Assembly (NCBI GenBank): GCA_050575255.1
Contig: JBNZDD010013536.1
Location: 284,344 to 348,343, forward strand
Length of the DNA: 64,000 bases
Direction: 5' to 3'
From: Harriotta raleighana
Taxonomy: Eukaryota
Shown here piece by piece: positions 48,566 through 62,821 of the stretch (positions are counted from its first letter, which is position 1; each line of letters begins with the position of its first letter). The position numbers and the translations under genes were made by a program. The notes under the pieces were generated by a model. It worked only from the letters and a program-made list of their open reading frames with translations. It was not told the origin of the DNA and did no database searches.

Positions 48566-48829
48566 GCACTTGCAGAAATCTTTCCCCTTTCTGCCCGTTT
48601 TATCTCCCATTCCTACTTTGGACCCTGAGGCAGCAGTGTCACATGCCTTCAGATGCCTTCCTGACCCAAACGATGCTGTCTAACTATAAATAGTGTTGTA
48701 TCGTAATGAAACCAGTCGTCAAATACATGTTATAGTTTTAGGAACATGGGCAATAAGAATAGTGTTTGGGGCGATAGGGGATGTTGCTTCAGGTAAATCT
48801 GAGAACATTTGTATTTATTGTATTTGGAA

Positions 48830-49080
48830 TCCTATAGTTTAGTGTTTAGAGCACTCACCTTGCAAGCAAGGGACCTGGGTTTGATTCCTGGCAGGGCGAA
48901 ACCTTAGGCAAGTTTGCTTAGTCCATAGTTCCTTTAATCCATTAAAGAAAATTGGTCATTTCAAACCACGACTGTTTATGAGACACTGCTGAGTGCAATT
49001 AGCCGCTGATTTCACCCACAAGTATACAATCAATTCAAGATATGATAAGGCACTATATCAAATGCAGGGATTATTATTTT
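48830..49080 (+). mobile_element. SINE family 1
   Basis: Head with TGC in the anticodon position; tail TGCAGGGATTATT. Confidence 0.8.
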
Positions 49081-49254
49081 AATTATTATTAATAATATAA
49101 TAATAATTCAGTATAAACTTTGGAAAAATGTCCTGTTGGAACAATGAGAATTCAGAACTCAAGAAGAAAAGCAAATTCATCATATCACTGCATTTAGTTT
49201 ATCTATTCTCTTATAATGTGTTCCTTCTTCATTCCCTCTAATGGCAGACTCTAT

Positions 49255-49440
49255 CAAAGAATCATAGAATCTTACAGCACAAAAGGAGGCCATTCAGCCC
49301 ATCGAGTCCATGCCAGCTCTTTAAAAAGAGCAAGTCAATCCCACTCCCCAGCTCTCTCCCGATAACCGCACAAACCCGTCCTCTCCAAAATAAACGTCTG
49401 GTTCTCTTTTAAAAGGTAGCTGTTCAAGTTAAAGTGACGT
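49255..49440 (-). mobile_element. CR1 3' end
   Basis: AGAATCATAGAATCTTACAGCACAAAAGGAGGCCATTCAGCCCATCGAGTC. Confidence 0.85.
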
Positions 49441-50171
49441 GCCAGAAGCTGCTCAGGCCACACTGGCCAATTTTCTAATCCTCCCTCAACTAAACACACC
49501 AAAAATAGATTGCTACATGGAGCAGAATAATAACTCGCAAAGGCCACGAAGGACAAAATATGGAATTGGGAAATGGAGAGCATTGTTGTGGAGGGAGATG
49601 ACTCATATTGTCTCCACTGTCTGAAAGGCAGGTCAGCTGGATCCTAACTGCTCTTGTGCTTTCGTGAATCCCAGTGATGAGTCCAATCATAATCATCACT
49701 GTACTTTTGAAAATCTAACAGTGGAGGAGGCAACATATTAATTGCCCTCCCTGCCCTCCATCCGCTCTGAATCCAACCCCCTGCTCAGGCCCAATTCCCT
49801 GACTGTCCAGAGACGTGGGATTTCCTCTCGACATGAAAGGCGCTGCACAAATGTAATATGGTATTATTTCTTTTGATACATTCTCCATGAAGCACTCAAA
49901 ACTAGTTGTAGGTTATAATCATGTGGATGCGAAGGTGTTTTTATCTATCGTTTCTGTATTCTTGTTAGCAGAGCCCAGCAGCCTGAAGCAGGTATCCAAG
50001 CCAATGATCTTTACTATATCTTTATTACATAAAAAATAAAACACTGAAAGCTGTAGACTTATGATGAGAGAGAAGCAGAAGTTATTTAGGGCAAGAAATC
50101 ATATAGAACCATTGAACTACAGTCTAAAAAAAAAGTTGGAATAGCCTTTTTTCACAGTTTTTTCATGTAAT

Positions 50172-50465
50172 ATTAATAATACTTGCATTTGATATAGCAC
50201 GTTCCACATCTTCTAGATGTCTCAAAGCGTTTCACAGAATATACTGTGAAGTGAATTGACTGTGTATGTTTGAGGGCGAAATGCGGCAGCCAATCTCACA
50301 TAGCAGTGTCCTACAAACAGTCGTGGATTGAAATGACCAATTTTTCTTAGGGTATTAATATTAGGCGCATGGAGTAAGGAAATTTGCCCATGGTTTCGTC
50401 CTGGCTGGAATTGAATCCAGGTCTCTCGTTTGTAAGGCAAATGCTCTAATCACTGAGCTACAAGA
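50172..50465 (-). mobile_element. SINE family 1, full length
   Basis: Tail, body and head all present in reverse orientation. Confidence 0.9.
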
Positions 50466-51559
50466 ACCCACAATATTACATATAAGAATTCAAAGTGCGA
50501 CGATTGTCACTCCTTATTTTGTACTTGCAAATTTTACTAACACATGCGTGCTAAGTGGTCTCTGTTCTTTTCTTATCCCTGTCAGTGTGACCCCTGGTCG
50601 ACTGTGTCACTCAAAGATATCTCCAGTCAACTCCAATGCCTGGTAACTGGGACGTCAGTTCGGAGACCCAGAATTCTGGTGTCAACAGCGACTCTCTGAA
50701 CGCTTATGCTTTTTCTTGTCTTAGAAATTGACACAGATTCAAGATGACAATTGGTCAATACAATAGCTCTTTATTAATACCTAGCAAACAATTTAAGATA
50801 TACAACAATGGGATCAAATGTAACTAACACACATCATTTGGAGGTAGCTGCCAACAACTAACAGCACAATATTGCCTGAGTATAAAGGCATTTAAACCAA
50901 CCTGACTTGCACAATAAAACCCCTTTACTCGTCAATATGTACCGAATGATGACCATTCAACAATGACCACGGGGTATAGAAACAAGGTAACTGTGGCAGA
51001 AGGATGATTTTGATTCCTATGTTTGCACCGATTAAACATGTTCAGCGCTGGGTACCATCCTTGAGAAAATAACAGTGACATAAGAGATAAGGATAGATAT
51101 CTGTGCACAGATAATCCAGTGACAATTCACTGGACTATTATTTGTGGTGTGTGAACTGTGATGAAAAATTTGGGTAAATTTGAGTTACTCCCTGGACCTA
51201 AGGAGTTACTTATTTTGTGAATTTGGGTATCTGCCAATATGCAAAACCTGTAAGATTTTCCAATGCAGATAACGAAAACTGGGTAGGTCTGCCACCCTCT
51301 ATGGAACTTCCCCTGTATTTGAAACAGAATACCCTTTCTCTCTCTGGAGGGACAGACCTTGCTTATCTAATTCCAGACAATAGAAAATTAGCGAGGGCCA
51401 AGGCTTTCGGACCTTAGAGTGTGCATTGAAAATAGTCAGAGACTAGAAATTACTCAGAGACCAAAACCCTAACACTAGATTGTTAGATTGTTAGCCTAGA
51501 CTCTGAGTTCAAAGACATAGGCACTCAAACCCTCTATTCAAAGTTTACAGTTGCATCAA

Positions 51560-51737
51560 ATAATAATAATCTTTGCATTTGATATACTGCTTTTCACATC
51601 TTACCAATGACTCAAAGCGCTTCACAGAATACTGTGTACTGTAAAGTGAATTGATTTTTATTTTGTGGGCGAAACGCTGCAGCCGATTGTGCACAGCAGT
51701 GTCCCACAAACAGTCGTGGATTGAAATGACCAATTTT
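51560..51737 (-). mobile_element. SINE family 1, 3' part
   Basis: Family tail and body in reverse orientation. Confidence 0.85.
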
Positions 51738-52339
51738 TAAAAATATATATCATTAAGCCAGGCTTAAATAAATCAGGCTGACGACACAAAATACTGCCCA
51801 AATGCTACCCGAAGAACCGGACATAACAAACTGAGGGAAATGAGAAGAGAAGCGGATGAAGCATACATTGGCATTGCAGTTTAGTAAGATGAAATACACT
51901 ATATAAAAATATGTAAAATATTGCTACTGAGAGTGGTATTTTGGCTGCATGCCAAGGTCAACACACTATCATCATAATTAATGATAAAATAGGAACCAGA
52001 TGGAAATTGGCCCAAGCATGAACACTAATGGATCTCAACAACCTTATTGTTGTCTGAGTAGCTTCTGTTTCAGGCAGATTAGCAGAGAGTGTGGAGACTA
52101 CTGTGATCCTGAGGAGCAAAACAGCCAGAAATCTCATTTTTCTGCCTCAGCCAAGCTGGCATTGATGGACAGTGTCGCAGCAAATAAGGAAAATCTATTT
52201 GGGACAAATAAAGAAAAACGGTCAAGTACATGGCTGTTTGATCTTTACATTTGTAAAAGAGGCGAGAAAGAAATGGATCGATCTCCAGATGAATACTTTG
52301 TCATGCATTTTACATTTCTATACAGCAACAAAAACATCT

Positions 52340-53212
52340 AAATTATATTTGTATATTGTCTTTCATGTCGGGAGGATGTCCCAAGGCACTGGACACTCAA
52401 TGTTTCAGATCCAAGCTGGGTCGGGAATGGGAGGGTAGAGGAAAGGTGAGTGACCAATGGAACCGTCAAAGAGGCGGAACTTGAAGGAAGCTAGGGAGAG
52501 GATGAGGTGGAGGGAATGCGGGATGGTAGAAGGTCACAGATGTGGGGTGGGGTGAGGGAATGGAGGGATTTGCAGGTGAAGACCAGGATCTTGAATTGAA
52601 TCTTCTGGGTGATGGGAAGCCAATGGATTCGGGTGAGAATGGGGGAGATGGGGTCACGAAGCTTGGAGCAGTAAAGGACACAGGCCACCGAGTTCTGGAT
52701 GATCTGCAGCCTATGGATGGAGGAATTGGGAAGGCCAACAAGCAGGGAGTTGGCCTAATCGAGCATGGATGTGTTGAAGGCATGAATGAGGGTTTCAGCC
52801 CCCGGAGGGGTGACGTAACGGCAGAGTTGGGCAATGTTGCAGAGGTGAGAGAAGGCAGAGCAGGTCATGGCTTGGATGTGGGGGAGGAAAGACAGCTGGG
52901 GATTAAACAAGACACCTAAGTTCCTGACTGTCTTGGTGAGGTGGAGTGTCCAACCATGGAGGTTGATGCTGCCAGTCAGGAGGGCTCGGTCTTGCTGACA
53001 TTGTACTGTAGAAAGTTGGCTCTCATCCAAGACGTGATGTCTGATAGACAATCTGGCATTACCACAGCGGTCCTGGAGTTGAAGATAGAGGCAGAAAGAT
53101 AGAGTTGGGTGTCATCAGCATACATGTGGAAGTTGACCCCATGTCTGTGGATGATGTCACCAAGTGGGAACATGGAGACATTGAAAAGTAAGGGACCAAG
53201 GACAGAGTCCTG
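52340..53212 (-). mobile_element. L2 LINE fragment with RT core
   Basis: Translations [39 protein letters not shown] and RIHWLPITQKIQFKIL. Confidence 0.93.
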
Positions 53213-54779
53213 TCCTATCCTTTCATGTCAGAGGATGTCTCAAAGCACTTGAAATGAGCCATGTGGTCAGTCATACTAAAAATAGTTTAGTGGCTGTTTC
53301 AGGTCTGAACGTTTTAGTAAGTCATTATAAATGATGGCAGCATATGTGCCTCACATTTTTATTAGGTGACATTTTTTCACCAATATGTATGAGTAAGGAA
53401 CCTTCACATCCTTCATGCTCAATGAGGATTAAGGGAATTATGGCAATCTTTCACCATAGAATCATTACGCTTTGCTGAAACTGCAATAAGTAATATATGT
53501 AAAAGCAATGAACAACAAACAAGGATGACTTTACAGGGTCTTCAGAAACATTGGGACTGATATAAATATTAAATGAATGAGGAATATATGCATGAAGAGT
53601 AAGTAAACCAAAGAGTGTGGCAACTACCACATTTACCCTTGTTTTTACATGTACAGTATTTGGTTGATCAGGGAGTTAAAATATTTATTTTTCAGGGAAA
53701 TCATTCTAATATATAAGGCGGTATTGGCAATATCCTGAAGATATTCTTCTTCAACTGTGCTTACGGTCACACCGCAATCCTCCCCTTGGCTCGGAACTAG
53801 TCTCCTCCACTGTCAAACTCTCTCTGACGCTACCCTGCATGAGGGAACGCTATATAAATGCAAGTTGTTGCGGTAGTAACATATATGCAGTCGATAAAGC
53901 TTTGTACCTGTGGACATCAAGCAATATATTTTGGTATTCCTGTTTATGAGGCTCTGAAAAGCATTAACAAAAGTGATTCATCCATTGGGGGCAATCTGCC
54001 TGCATTGCTTTGTTTGTGCACATCGCCATCCACAATAAAAAGTGAAGACGCAGGAATTTGATCATTAAATTCAGCAAATGTAGTAATTCTTGGTATTAAA
54101 CAATAAGAATATTACAATAGAATCTTGGAATGACTCGGAACCGATGGGAGATAGTCATTGAGGTTTTGCACCAAATCCGTTTATTAAATCACAGCGCACA
54201 CAAACACACTCAGATCTCTCAATCTCCTTCAAGAATTTGAACAGATCAGATTACAAGCAATTAGGTTACAGGCAATCCGATTCCTCGGGCACTTCACTGA
54301 TAGGGATGTGGTCTCCTCTTACTTTCAGGAAAACATCTTCGCCTGTTTAACTAATCATTTACACACAAAATATGCATAGTTGCACTACCTATGACTGAGA
54401 ATCACATTGAGGCATCTTGATCAACATATATATCAAACACAAGGATTATTGGTATATAATATGAGTACATTATAACATGTTCTGTAATGTAATCACTTTT
54501 AGGTTGATCTGATTCTGGACACTTTAACTCTCCTCACAGTCAATTGCATTGATCCTGTCTTTCTTGCTATCACCCGAGGAACCGATGACTCAGCAGACTG
54601 CTGGATGTCTTGGGTAGCAATCAAATTGTGCAAAGGAAAACTTTCTACCTGTATTTTGCTTGTTACATGGATAGGAGTGCTGGTTTAGAGATTGTGCATT
54701 GATAAATACTTTTAACAGCCATGACAATGCCCCACATGCAGCCAGAAGGTGGCTGACTGGTTTAACTGGTCAGGACACC

Positions 54780-54990
54780 AGACTCCCTTCTCTTTTTGAT
54801 GCTAGTGCGATGGGTTCTTCAACATCTACCTGAACAGACAGTCGAAAGCTTAGTTTAAATTCTCATCTGAATGACAGCATCCCTAACAATGCAATGGAGT
54901 GTCAACATAGTAGAGGGTTAGCTCCAAGTCTCCAACCCAGGATTTGAACCCACAACATTTGTCTGAGAGGCAAGTGCGCTGCTAACCAAG
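54780..54990 (-). mobile_element. Deu-domain SINE (family 2)
   Basis: Reverse core TTCAACATCTACCTGAACAGACAG..CTCATCTGAA; head GATTTGAACCCACAAC. Confidence 0.7.
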
Positions 54991-55799
54991 CCATATTATG
55001 CAAATAAATTACTGAAAATTTACATATTGGTGAGGAAGAGAAATACTCTGTCAGAATTTGTTGAGATAAACTGAAAATCAATCAAGAAGATGCAAGAAAA
55101 AATACAGAATGACAAATGAATGATTTTTGCATAAAATTGTTTTTTCCATCGACAGTGATTGCTAACTTATCTTGTGATTTAATATGGAAGCATGCACCTG
55201 CATCATTTGTATAATAAAATCACTCAAGGTTCAAGGGTTTTTTTTGCCTCTGGTTTGCTTACTATGAGCCAGTGGCATAACATGCTTTTAGTCCATTTAA
55301 CAAAAATATCTGTGTACAGTATATGGAAAGCTTGAAAGCAGTTCATGGTTGATATATAAAAATAGGTTGAGGAAGGTCATTTTCATCAGGTAATCGGCAA
55401 TAAGGTTCTGGCATTTTGTCTTAAATTTTCTTAGAATTGGGAATTTTTAAATCTCAGTCTTAATTTGCGGAGCACTGTTCTGCTGTCTTTGAAAAATCTT
55501 CTAAATAAAGACTGAATTCAAGTATTTCCACAATCTACAATTGTTGAACAAAATGATCTCACTAAGATATGGTGGAATACCGAGGTTAGTATTCTAAGCA
55601 TGGCCTCACCAGCGATTTATATAACATTAGAATAACATCTTTGAGGAATCAAAATGCCCTCAAGTAGCAGCCTGGTACAGTGTATGATAAGCGTTGCTAG
55701 CCAGAAGCTTCTTCACATTACGTATATCAAAATCTTCAGTGAATAATCAGGTACCACGCTCAAATCTTTTTCCTTCTCAACCTTATCAGGTAAACACCT

Positions 55800-55950
55800 T
55801 TCACTGAGTACACATTGTCTCTCACTTCATCTACATCAAAATCCAGCTGGCCCTCCTGAGCGCATTTGTTCAGTTGATCCAGATCCCATTGGATGTTGTT
55901 TAATACTCATGTTATTGCCTGACAACATCGCTTGAAATCATCAACCCCAT
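55800..55950 (-). mobile_element. very old CR1 RT remnant
   Basis: Minus translation LNNIQWDLDQLNKCAQEGQLDFDVDE resembles CR1 LQxDLDxLxxWAxxWQMxFNVxK. Confidence 0.5.
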
Positions 55951-56159
55951 TTCTTCTTGTTCTAATTCACCTTGAGCAGAGAGATGGGAAAAAATGCCAG
56001 GGTTGAATTTAGATGCACCTCCCTTCCAGTCCATGAATGTGGCAATAGTGGGATTGAAATGCATTAGTGCCTCTCCACAAATGCTGACAAAAGATGGCAA
56101 TGTATGGCTGTATTATTAGGAGAAACCTTTGTATTTCCACTGCCGAGAGGGTCGGTAAC

Positions 56160-56442
56160 CCAATGATGCCAATTTAAAATAGTTGTTAAGATAATCAGAG
56201 GGGAGATGGGGAAACATTTTTTCATACAGCGAGTTATTCAAATCTGAATGCATTGCCTGAAAGGATGGCAGAAGCAAATTTGATAAAAACTTTTAAGAGA
56301 GAAGTACGGTAGATAGTAATTTGGGGAGAACAGGTTCGCAGGACTATGGGGAGAGAGTGGGATTGATTTAGACAGCTCTTTTCAAAGAGCCAGCACACAT
56401 ACAATAGCCTCCTTCTGTGCTGCATAATTCTATGATTCTATG
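56160..56442 (+). mobile_element. CR1 3' end
   Basis: CAGCGAGTTATTCAAATCTGAATGCATTGCCTGAAAGG...CCTCCTTCTGTGCTG..ATTCTATGATTCTATG. Confidence 0.85.
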
Positions 56443-57344
56443 TTGTATTACTGTACCATGGTGTAACAGGCTACCAGTTTACTTACCATTTCCATCTCCA
56501 TGTGTTCTCTCTCTCTCAATGCAAAATGCATGCGGTTTATTTGGTAAGAAGTGAGTGAACAGGAGTCATTCTGCCTCAAATGACCGCACCTCTTACACTG
56601 TTGGAGTTACACCACCACTGTTGGGCGTCCCCAGGCGCTGTTGTGTTTTTGAGAAATTCAAATGAATGTGGAAAAACCTCAGTGTTTTATACTAACTCCC
56701 CAAAGGTTTTATTTTTAATACAGTAATATGTAACTTGTGTTTTTTTAACCATTAAACGGTAACCAAACATAGATGAAGATATGGAAGAAGACATGTGGAA
56801 GAATATTACAGATTCACAGTGATGTCAACGTTGCAGTTGTACAGCTGCTTTCCAATGAAGACTTGGGGCACACATATGTTCAAAGGGAAATTCTCAGTGA
56901 AAATGATGGCTCATGCCTGTAAACATCCTTCAGGACTCGTAGCTTTAGTCCTAATGAAAACCACTGCACATCGCATCAACTGTCTAGCACTGACACAAAT
57001 AAATAATCCTTGCTAATTGGCTCGGAAGTGATCTTGTACTGAAGCCGTGTTCTCGTGAGTCACTGGAACATGCAGAGGATTCCTTGTGGAACTCTATATT
57101 CTGAAGAGCCTTTCCCAGGTCAAGTCACCTGCACTGACCTTTAACTGACAAGTGAGTTTGTCCCACTGTCAGTTTTGCACCACTTATATTGTAAATCGAT
57201 GCCAGTACTTGCATAATGTCTAATGGCAGCAAATCTGTACTGAAGAGGATAGCGTAAAACGGACCGCTGCTTTTGAGTCACCTTGCTTTTGTTTCATCAT
57301 AACCAAGTGTGACCTTTAGTAATAATAATAATAATAATCCTTGC

Positions 57345-57960
57345 ATCTGAAGGAGGCGAGGGAGGGAGCAAGACAAAGGGACTTTGGAACGCTATCCTCT
57401 GGGAGTTGGGGAGCACGACAAGGGTGGGGGGATAGGATCACAGAGTTTAGTGCAGGAGAGGACACGAGCTGAAGAGTTTTACGTGATGTGCAGTTTGTGG
57501 AGATAAGAGTTGTGAAGGCCAACAAACAGGGAATTAGCATAGTCTAGCCAAGATGTGATAATAATAATAATAATCCTTGCATTTGATATAGCGCTTTTCA
57601 CATCTTATCAACATCCCAAAGCGCTTCACAGAATATACTGTAAAGTAAATTGACTGGATATTTGTGGGCGGAACGCGGCAGCCAATTGCGCACAGCAATG
57701 TCCCATAAACAGTCATAGATTGAAATGACCAATTTTATTATTGTAGTTTTTTTTGTAGTTCTTGCTTGGATGAGGGTTTCAGTGGCCTGAGGGGAGAGGC
57801 AGTATCGGAGCTGGGCGATGTTGCAGAAGTGGGGGAAAGCAGAGTGGGTCACAGCATGGATGTTGGATAGAAAGGACAGTTAAGGGTCAACAAGGTGTCA
57901 AGTTTCCATATTGGATCAGTGAGGTGGAGAGTGCATCCTTGGATGGTGATGCTGCCATTG
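57345..57960 (-). mobile_element. L2 fragment with a nested family-1 SINE (57558-57740)
   Basis: L2 translation QATETLIQAR interrupted by a reverse SINE tail and body. Confidence 0.8.
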
Positions 57961-58596
57961 CCTGAGCTCCTTCGATATTAGGAGCAGGAGGGAAAAAGTC
58001 AATTCATTCATCGCTTTGAATAGGCCCTGATACCATTCTCAATAACGATGTCAGTGAAGCTGTATATGTGGGTTTCCAACTTTTGGATCAAAGTCTTGCA
58101 TTTCCAGAAACCTGGATACTGTTTTTTTTCAATAAACAAAAAGTTAGCATTTCAATAACTGGTAGTCAATCATGAGCAGACTTGTTGATGATTGGTGGGG
58201 TTTCTAGCTCGTTTAATGTGCTAAATATCACTTGAAAAAGAAATTGTATACTCTTTATGTTATCTAATTAGTCAAAAAGTGTGCTGATAGTTGCTACTAT
58301 GATGATGCAGGTCAAGTTTCTATTACAGAGCATTACATTTTGCTGCTTAAAGTAAGACTATTAAATGTTATTTTTTATTCATGCTGGAGAGGCAGATCAT
58401 TGCTGGTGGACCTTTCAACCTCTCCAATTCGAATTCTATTCATCCAGTGCAAAGTATTAAATGCAATCACTTATTGAAAAACAATCTGTATAATAAATTC
58501 ATTAATATGTGCTAACATGACTACAGTATTAAACAACAACAACAATAACAACAAAATCACACTTGTATAGCGTCTTTCACGTATTGTTTGATACTA

Positions 58597-58880
58597 TGCC
58601 CATCTAGCTCAGTTAGTAGCATTCTCACCTCTAAGTCAGAAATGTTATGGTTTTGAGCCCCATCACAGAACTTTGAACTCACAGTCCAGCTTAGCAATGT
58701 TGGGAGATCACTGCATTGTTGGAGATGCCACCCTTCAGGTATATGGCTAGGTCATGAGTGTGTGCAAATTGTCCGTCTTGTTAGCCTACAAATAGTCACT
58801 AGACTTTACGTTAAATCGCATGAAGCACTTTGAGATATCTTCCCAAAGTTATGTTATATCAAATGCAAGAATTATTATAA
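58597..58880 (+). mobile_element. Deu-domain SINE (family 2), degenerate
   Basis: TAGCTCAGTTAGTAGCATTCTCACCTCTAAGTCAGAA head; CTGCATTGTTGGAGATGCC core; shared tail. Confidence 0.7.
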
Positions 58881-60109
58881 TTTACTGTTATCACTGCAAC
58901 ATGTCTGACCAAGTATGGATATTGACCAACAAATTTTGCATGTAAAATATAAAAAAGCAGAATTATAATGTGAGGCAATCAGTGGGAAAACTATTTTTAA
59001 CTTTTGCTTTTTGATTCATTTGGGGTCCAGTGTGCCAGTCATTAAAAATAGCTTTGTGTTCATCTTTTATTTATAATAGAATTTCTCATTGCAAACAAGT
59101 AAGGAAAAGATTGCTATTTTTATAATTGGATTTATGCAAGTTTATAAATCCTTCTTGAAAGGCACTGATGGAACCAAATGCCATTAAGTCTTTGTTGAAT
59201 AACCTTTGCAGTATAAATATTGTTTGGCTATGTCAAACAAATATATTAAATGTTTTGTGAAGCATAATTGACCTCTAATGGAAAATCTATGATAATTTTT
59301 AAAAACATACAATTCTGCATGTTCTATTGCATAGTGTCAATGTAGCTCAAAACGCTTCACAGGGAAATTGCTATCTTGCACAATAATTGTGCTTGGGTCG
59401 GAAGATGCAACAGTTATTTTGTACACGGTAAAGTCATACGAACAACCATGAAGTGGATGACCAATGTTTGCTAACTGCAGCTAAGCAATGATTAATGTAC
59501 AGATTTGTACAAGTTTCTGAAAGGGAATTATTTGTCTCATAATGGTTGAATTCCCAAGGTCTCTTGTTTCTACTATAAGTGCAGTTGCTGTTATCAATCT
59601 TGAAGGCTTTCTTTGTGGAGAGATCATTACAGGAGGTTAATGCATTAATTTATTTATACTGTAGATGGGAACAGTATCAAACTTAGGAAAAGTTTATTAC
59701 CCTAATCAAAATCCTTCTTGTTAAATATAACACTTTATGGCATCTCTTTTGGCTATTTTCCAAATGGAAGGCAATTCTGCGATAAAATAGATGGGAGAAT
59801 GTTTCACATAGCTCTTTGGGTAAATTATTGTCTAATTGGATTGACTATAAATCAACACATTGCAATGTCCGCAAGTCATCCAATAAAACCTTAACACACT
59901 TAATAAGCAGTTTAAAATTTAGTGGCTGGTTCTGCAGTTCTTCTTCAGATTTTTAAATAAATGCATCTCCATTTGGATTAAGAAATGCTATTGGGTATAT
60001 CTCCCAATAACTGGAAGTGCCTTGTTCATATCATTTCGAGTTAAGGTAGCCCCATTCTGAAATTAATAATATTGTAATACTTTCATTTAATATAGTATGA
60101 GTATAATAT

Positions 60110-60392
60110 AGTTTAATATAGCTTTTCATGTCTTCTGGACGTCTCAAAATGCTTCACAGACCATACTGTAAAGTGAGTGGACTAAATATATGTGGGTGAA
60201 ATGCGGTAGCCAATTATGCACAGCAGTGTCCCACAAACAGTCATGGATTGAAATGGCCAATTTTTTTCTTGAGGGATTATTATCAAGTGTGTGGGGGAAG
60301 GAAAGTTGCCCAAGATTTCGCCCTGCCTGGAATCGAACCCAGGTTTCTCGCCTGTAAGGCGAGTGCTCTAACCACTGAGCTACAGGGCTCCG
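60110..60392 (-). mobile_element. SINE family 1, full length
   Basis: Head GGAATCGAACCCAGG..TGTAAGGCGAGTGCTCTAACCACTGAGCTACAGGG. Confidence 0.9.
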
Positions 60393-60559
60393 CAACCATA
60401 ATAATAAGCATTGTAATTGATAATTGCACCCGATCACATCAACAAATATGTTTGAAATAACTTCACGGGATTTTACTATAAGGTGTAGTCACTATGTATT
60501 TTGTAGGTAAAATATGTTGAGTTGGAATGGCATTCCTGTGAGTTAGTGTCAGACAAAAA

Positions 60560-60930
60560 GACATTCTTAGCCACCTGGGAGCAAGGATTCTTTCCACTTA
60601 ACTTCCTGTAGCCCTCCAAGTCAATTGGGCAAACGTAGCTGGACAGAAGAGTGCCAGACAGTGCTTTCAGTGGAAAGTTGTGTGATTTTAGCTGGTTAAA
60701 CTCCAGCATTACCCAACACACACACACACACACTGGAGTCCACAAGCCTTGATTTTTGTCGACTGTGCCTTATAACTCCCGGGATTAGATGAGCAGGGTT
60801 TGTTCCTCCAGGGAGAGGATGTGAATTCTATTCCAGGAATAGGGAAATTTATGCGTGGAGTGGCATGCCTTTGGTGATGGGTTTCCGTATATGTCGGAGA
60901 TATCCCGCTGACCCCCAACAAAAAAAAATT
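60560..60930. repeat. module A (reverse), spacer and module B (forward)
   Basis: CTGGGAGCAAGGATTCTTTCCACTTAACTTCCTGT (A reverse); CTGGTTAAACTCCAGC spacer; GGTGATGGGTTTCC..GCTGACC (B). Confidence 0.7.
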
Positions 60931-62821
60931 AAAATTTCCTCCCAATATTATTTTGTGACATTTCTAGCAGATTTGATTACCTTCCCAGAGAGTGATTTAA
61001 CTCTCTTCCTGGTTTGATTCTGTGAAATCACCAGATGTGATTGAAAAACAGTTAAGATAAAAGTATAGTGGCCTCCATTCCACCATTGGCGACCACGCTT
61101 TCAGCCAATATGCTCCAACACTCTGGAATCCTCTCAAGCAATCACTCCACCTTGCCCCCTCAATCCCCATCTTCAGGTAATGCAAGTTGTTTTTGCTGTT
61201 GTTGCTTTACTACCCAATCCACCGACTAATGGAAATGAATGAAAATCCGCTATATTAACTGCCCTTTGGCTGTTTATGGGCTGTGGCTAGTAAAATTGGC
61301 TGCCTGTTTATTGAACACAGTCACTAAGGCATCACAGTAATTACCTGTGAAGCATATTTTCAGGCATTTCAACCATAAAAATATAAAGTTATATTTTCTT
61401 CCCAGTGAACTCTAAGCAGATGTTAATGAGTAAAGCACTTGTGTTCCCCTTGGGTAAATCTGACTGCATCTTTTATCTGAATCTCAGTTTTACCCAGTCT
61501 TAAATAGAATATATTTTCCAATATTGTGAAGGAATTCTGTTTCACTAAGGTTTCTGCAATGTTTAATTTTGCAACAGTTTCTCCGATTGTGCTTTATTAT
61601 TCTACAGCCTGATTTAAAAAAATATACTGGCCACGAATGCTGTGCTGGAAAGACATGCAAATCACAGTTATGCTTGGTTTGGGGACCTGTGTATCTTGAA
61701 GACCTGTGGAGATAATAATTAAATCATTTAAAATAGATTTCTTCATGCTGACACGGAAAACATTTTGCATCAGTAAAAATCAATTTACATTTTTATTTCA
61801 ATCATGAACCTCTTACCATCCCTCAGTTAAGTTTTAGAGGGTGAGCTCAATGTATTGAAGAGCTGTAAGGCTGTAAGCAAAGCCTTTGTAAATGGATTTC
61901 TTGTTACAACCGAATCATGAATTCCACGATGGCAATTAGAAATCCATTTACAAGCATTTCATTTTCACTCTCGCAATTCATCAATACATCTTCAGTCTTT
62001 GACTCTTTCCAGTGTTGGGGCCATTTGCAGCCGGTGATTGGAGTCAGTGTACAAAAACTCTGATCCGAACTTTTGTTTGCCTTATTGATGGATGGTGGGG
62101 AAAACAAAACACAAGGAGTGAATCTCAATTCTCACTAACTCAGTTACCAAAGTAATACGTAGTTTCGTATCACTTCCAATGTGGCAATTATCACGTGGAA
62201 GCTGTTAAGAAACATTGGAAATTCAATCAGCAATGATTGAGTTGTTTCAGTAGAGCGACCTCCCATTCCTACCTGTAGCACAATGGTGACATGATATGAT
62301 TTCAGTACTGCTGTTGCTGTTTCAGATCTTGGAGAGTGATGTTCTAATGCCACTTCAGAGAATACTAGTCGCCAATCTTTGCATCATTGCCCATCATTAA
62401 ATCACACCTGAAGTATTTTCTCTTCAATCGTTCCTTTTCGCTCCCCCCACTCTTTCCAGTTCGGCATTAAACCAGCTGGGATTAAGATGCTACCTGCGTG
62501 GAGGGCGCTATATACTGTACTGTATATGGAAGTTGTTGTTCTTGAACAAATTCGAGGTAAAACATCGCCAGTTTCATCCAAATGCTACTTATTTATTTGT
62601 AGGCACCAAACAAGACGTATTTAAGAGACATCAATATGGTTGCTGATGATTGAATGCTGAAGAGGAAAAGATCAGGACAAGACAAGAATCATTGAAAGTG
62701 TATGAACAATCTTGTCTCATACTCACGAATAACATGTATGTTGTGAAAATAAGTAAGTACCCTTCTGCTTCTACAGAAACTCATTATGTATCCTGCAACA
62801 AGAGTTGTTTCTTTCTATCTT

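Noticed and set aside
48557-48580. CTGATGA...GAAA hammerhead-like spacing
   Set aside because: Stem II is at most 2-3 bp, there is no stem III or cleavage context, and the motif is absent from other module A copies.
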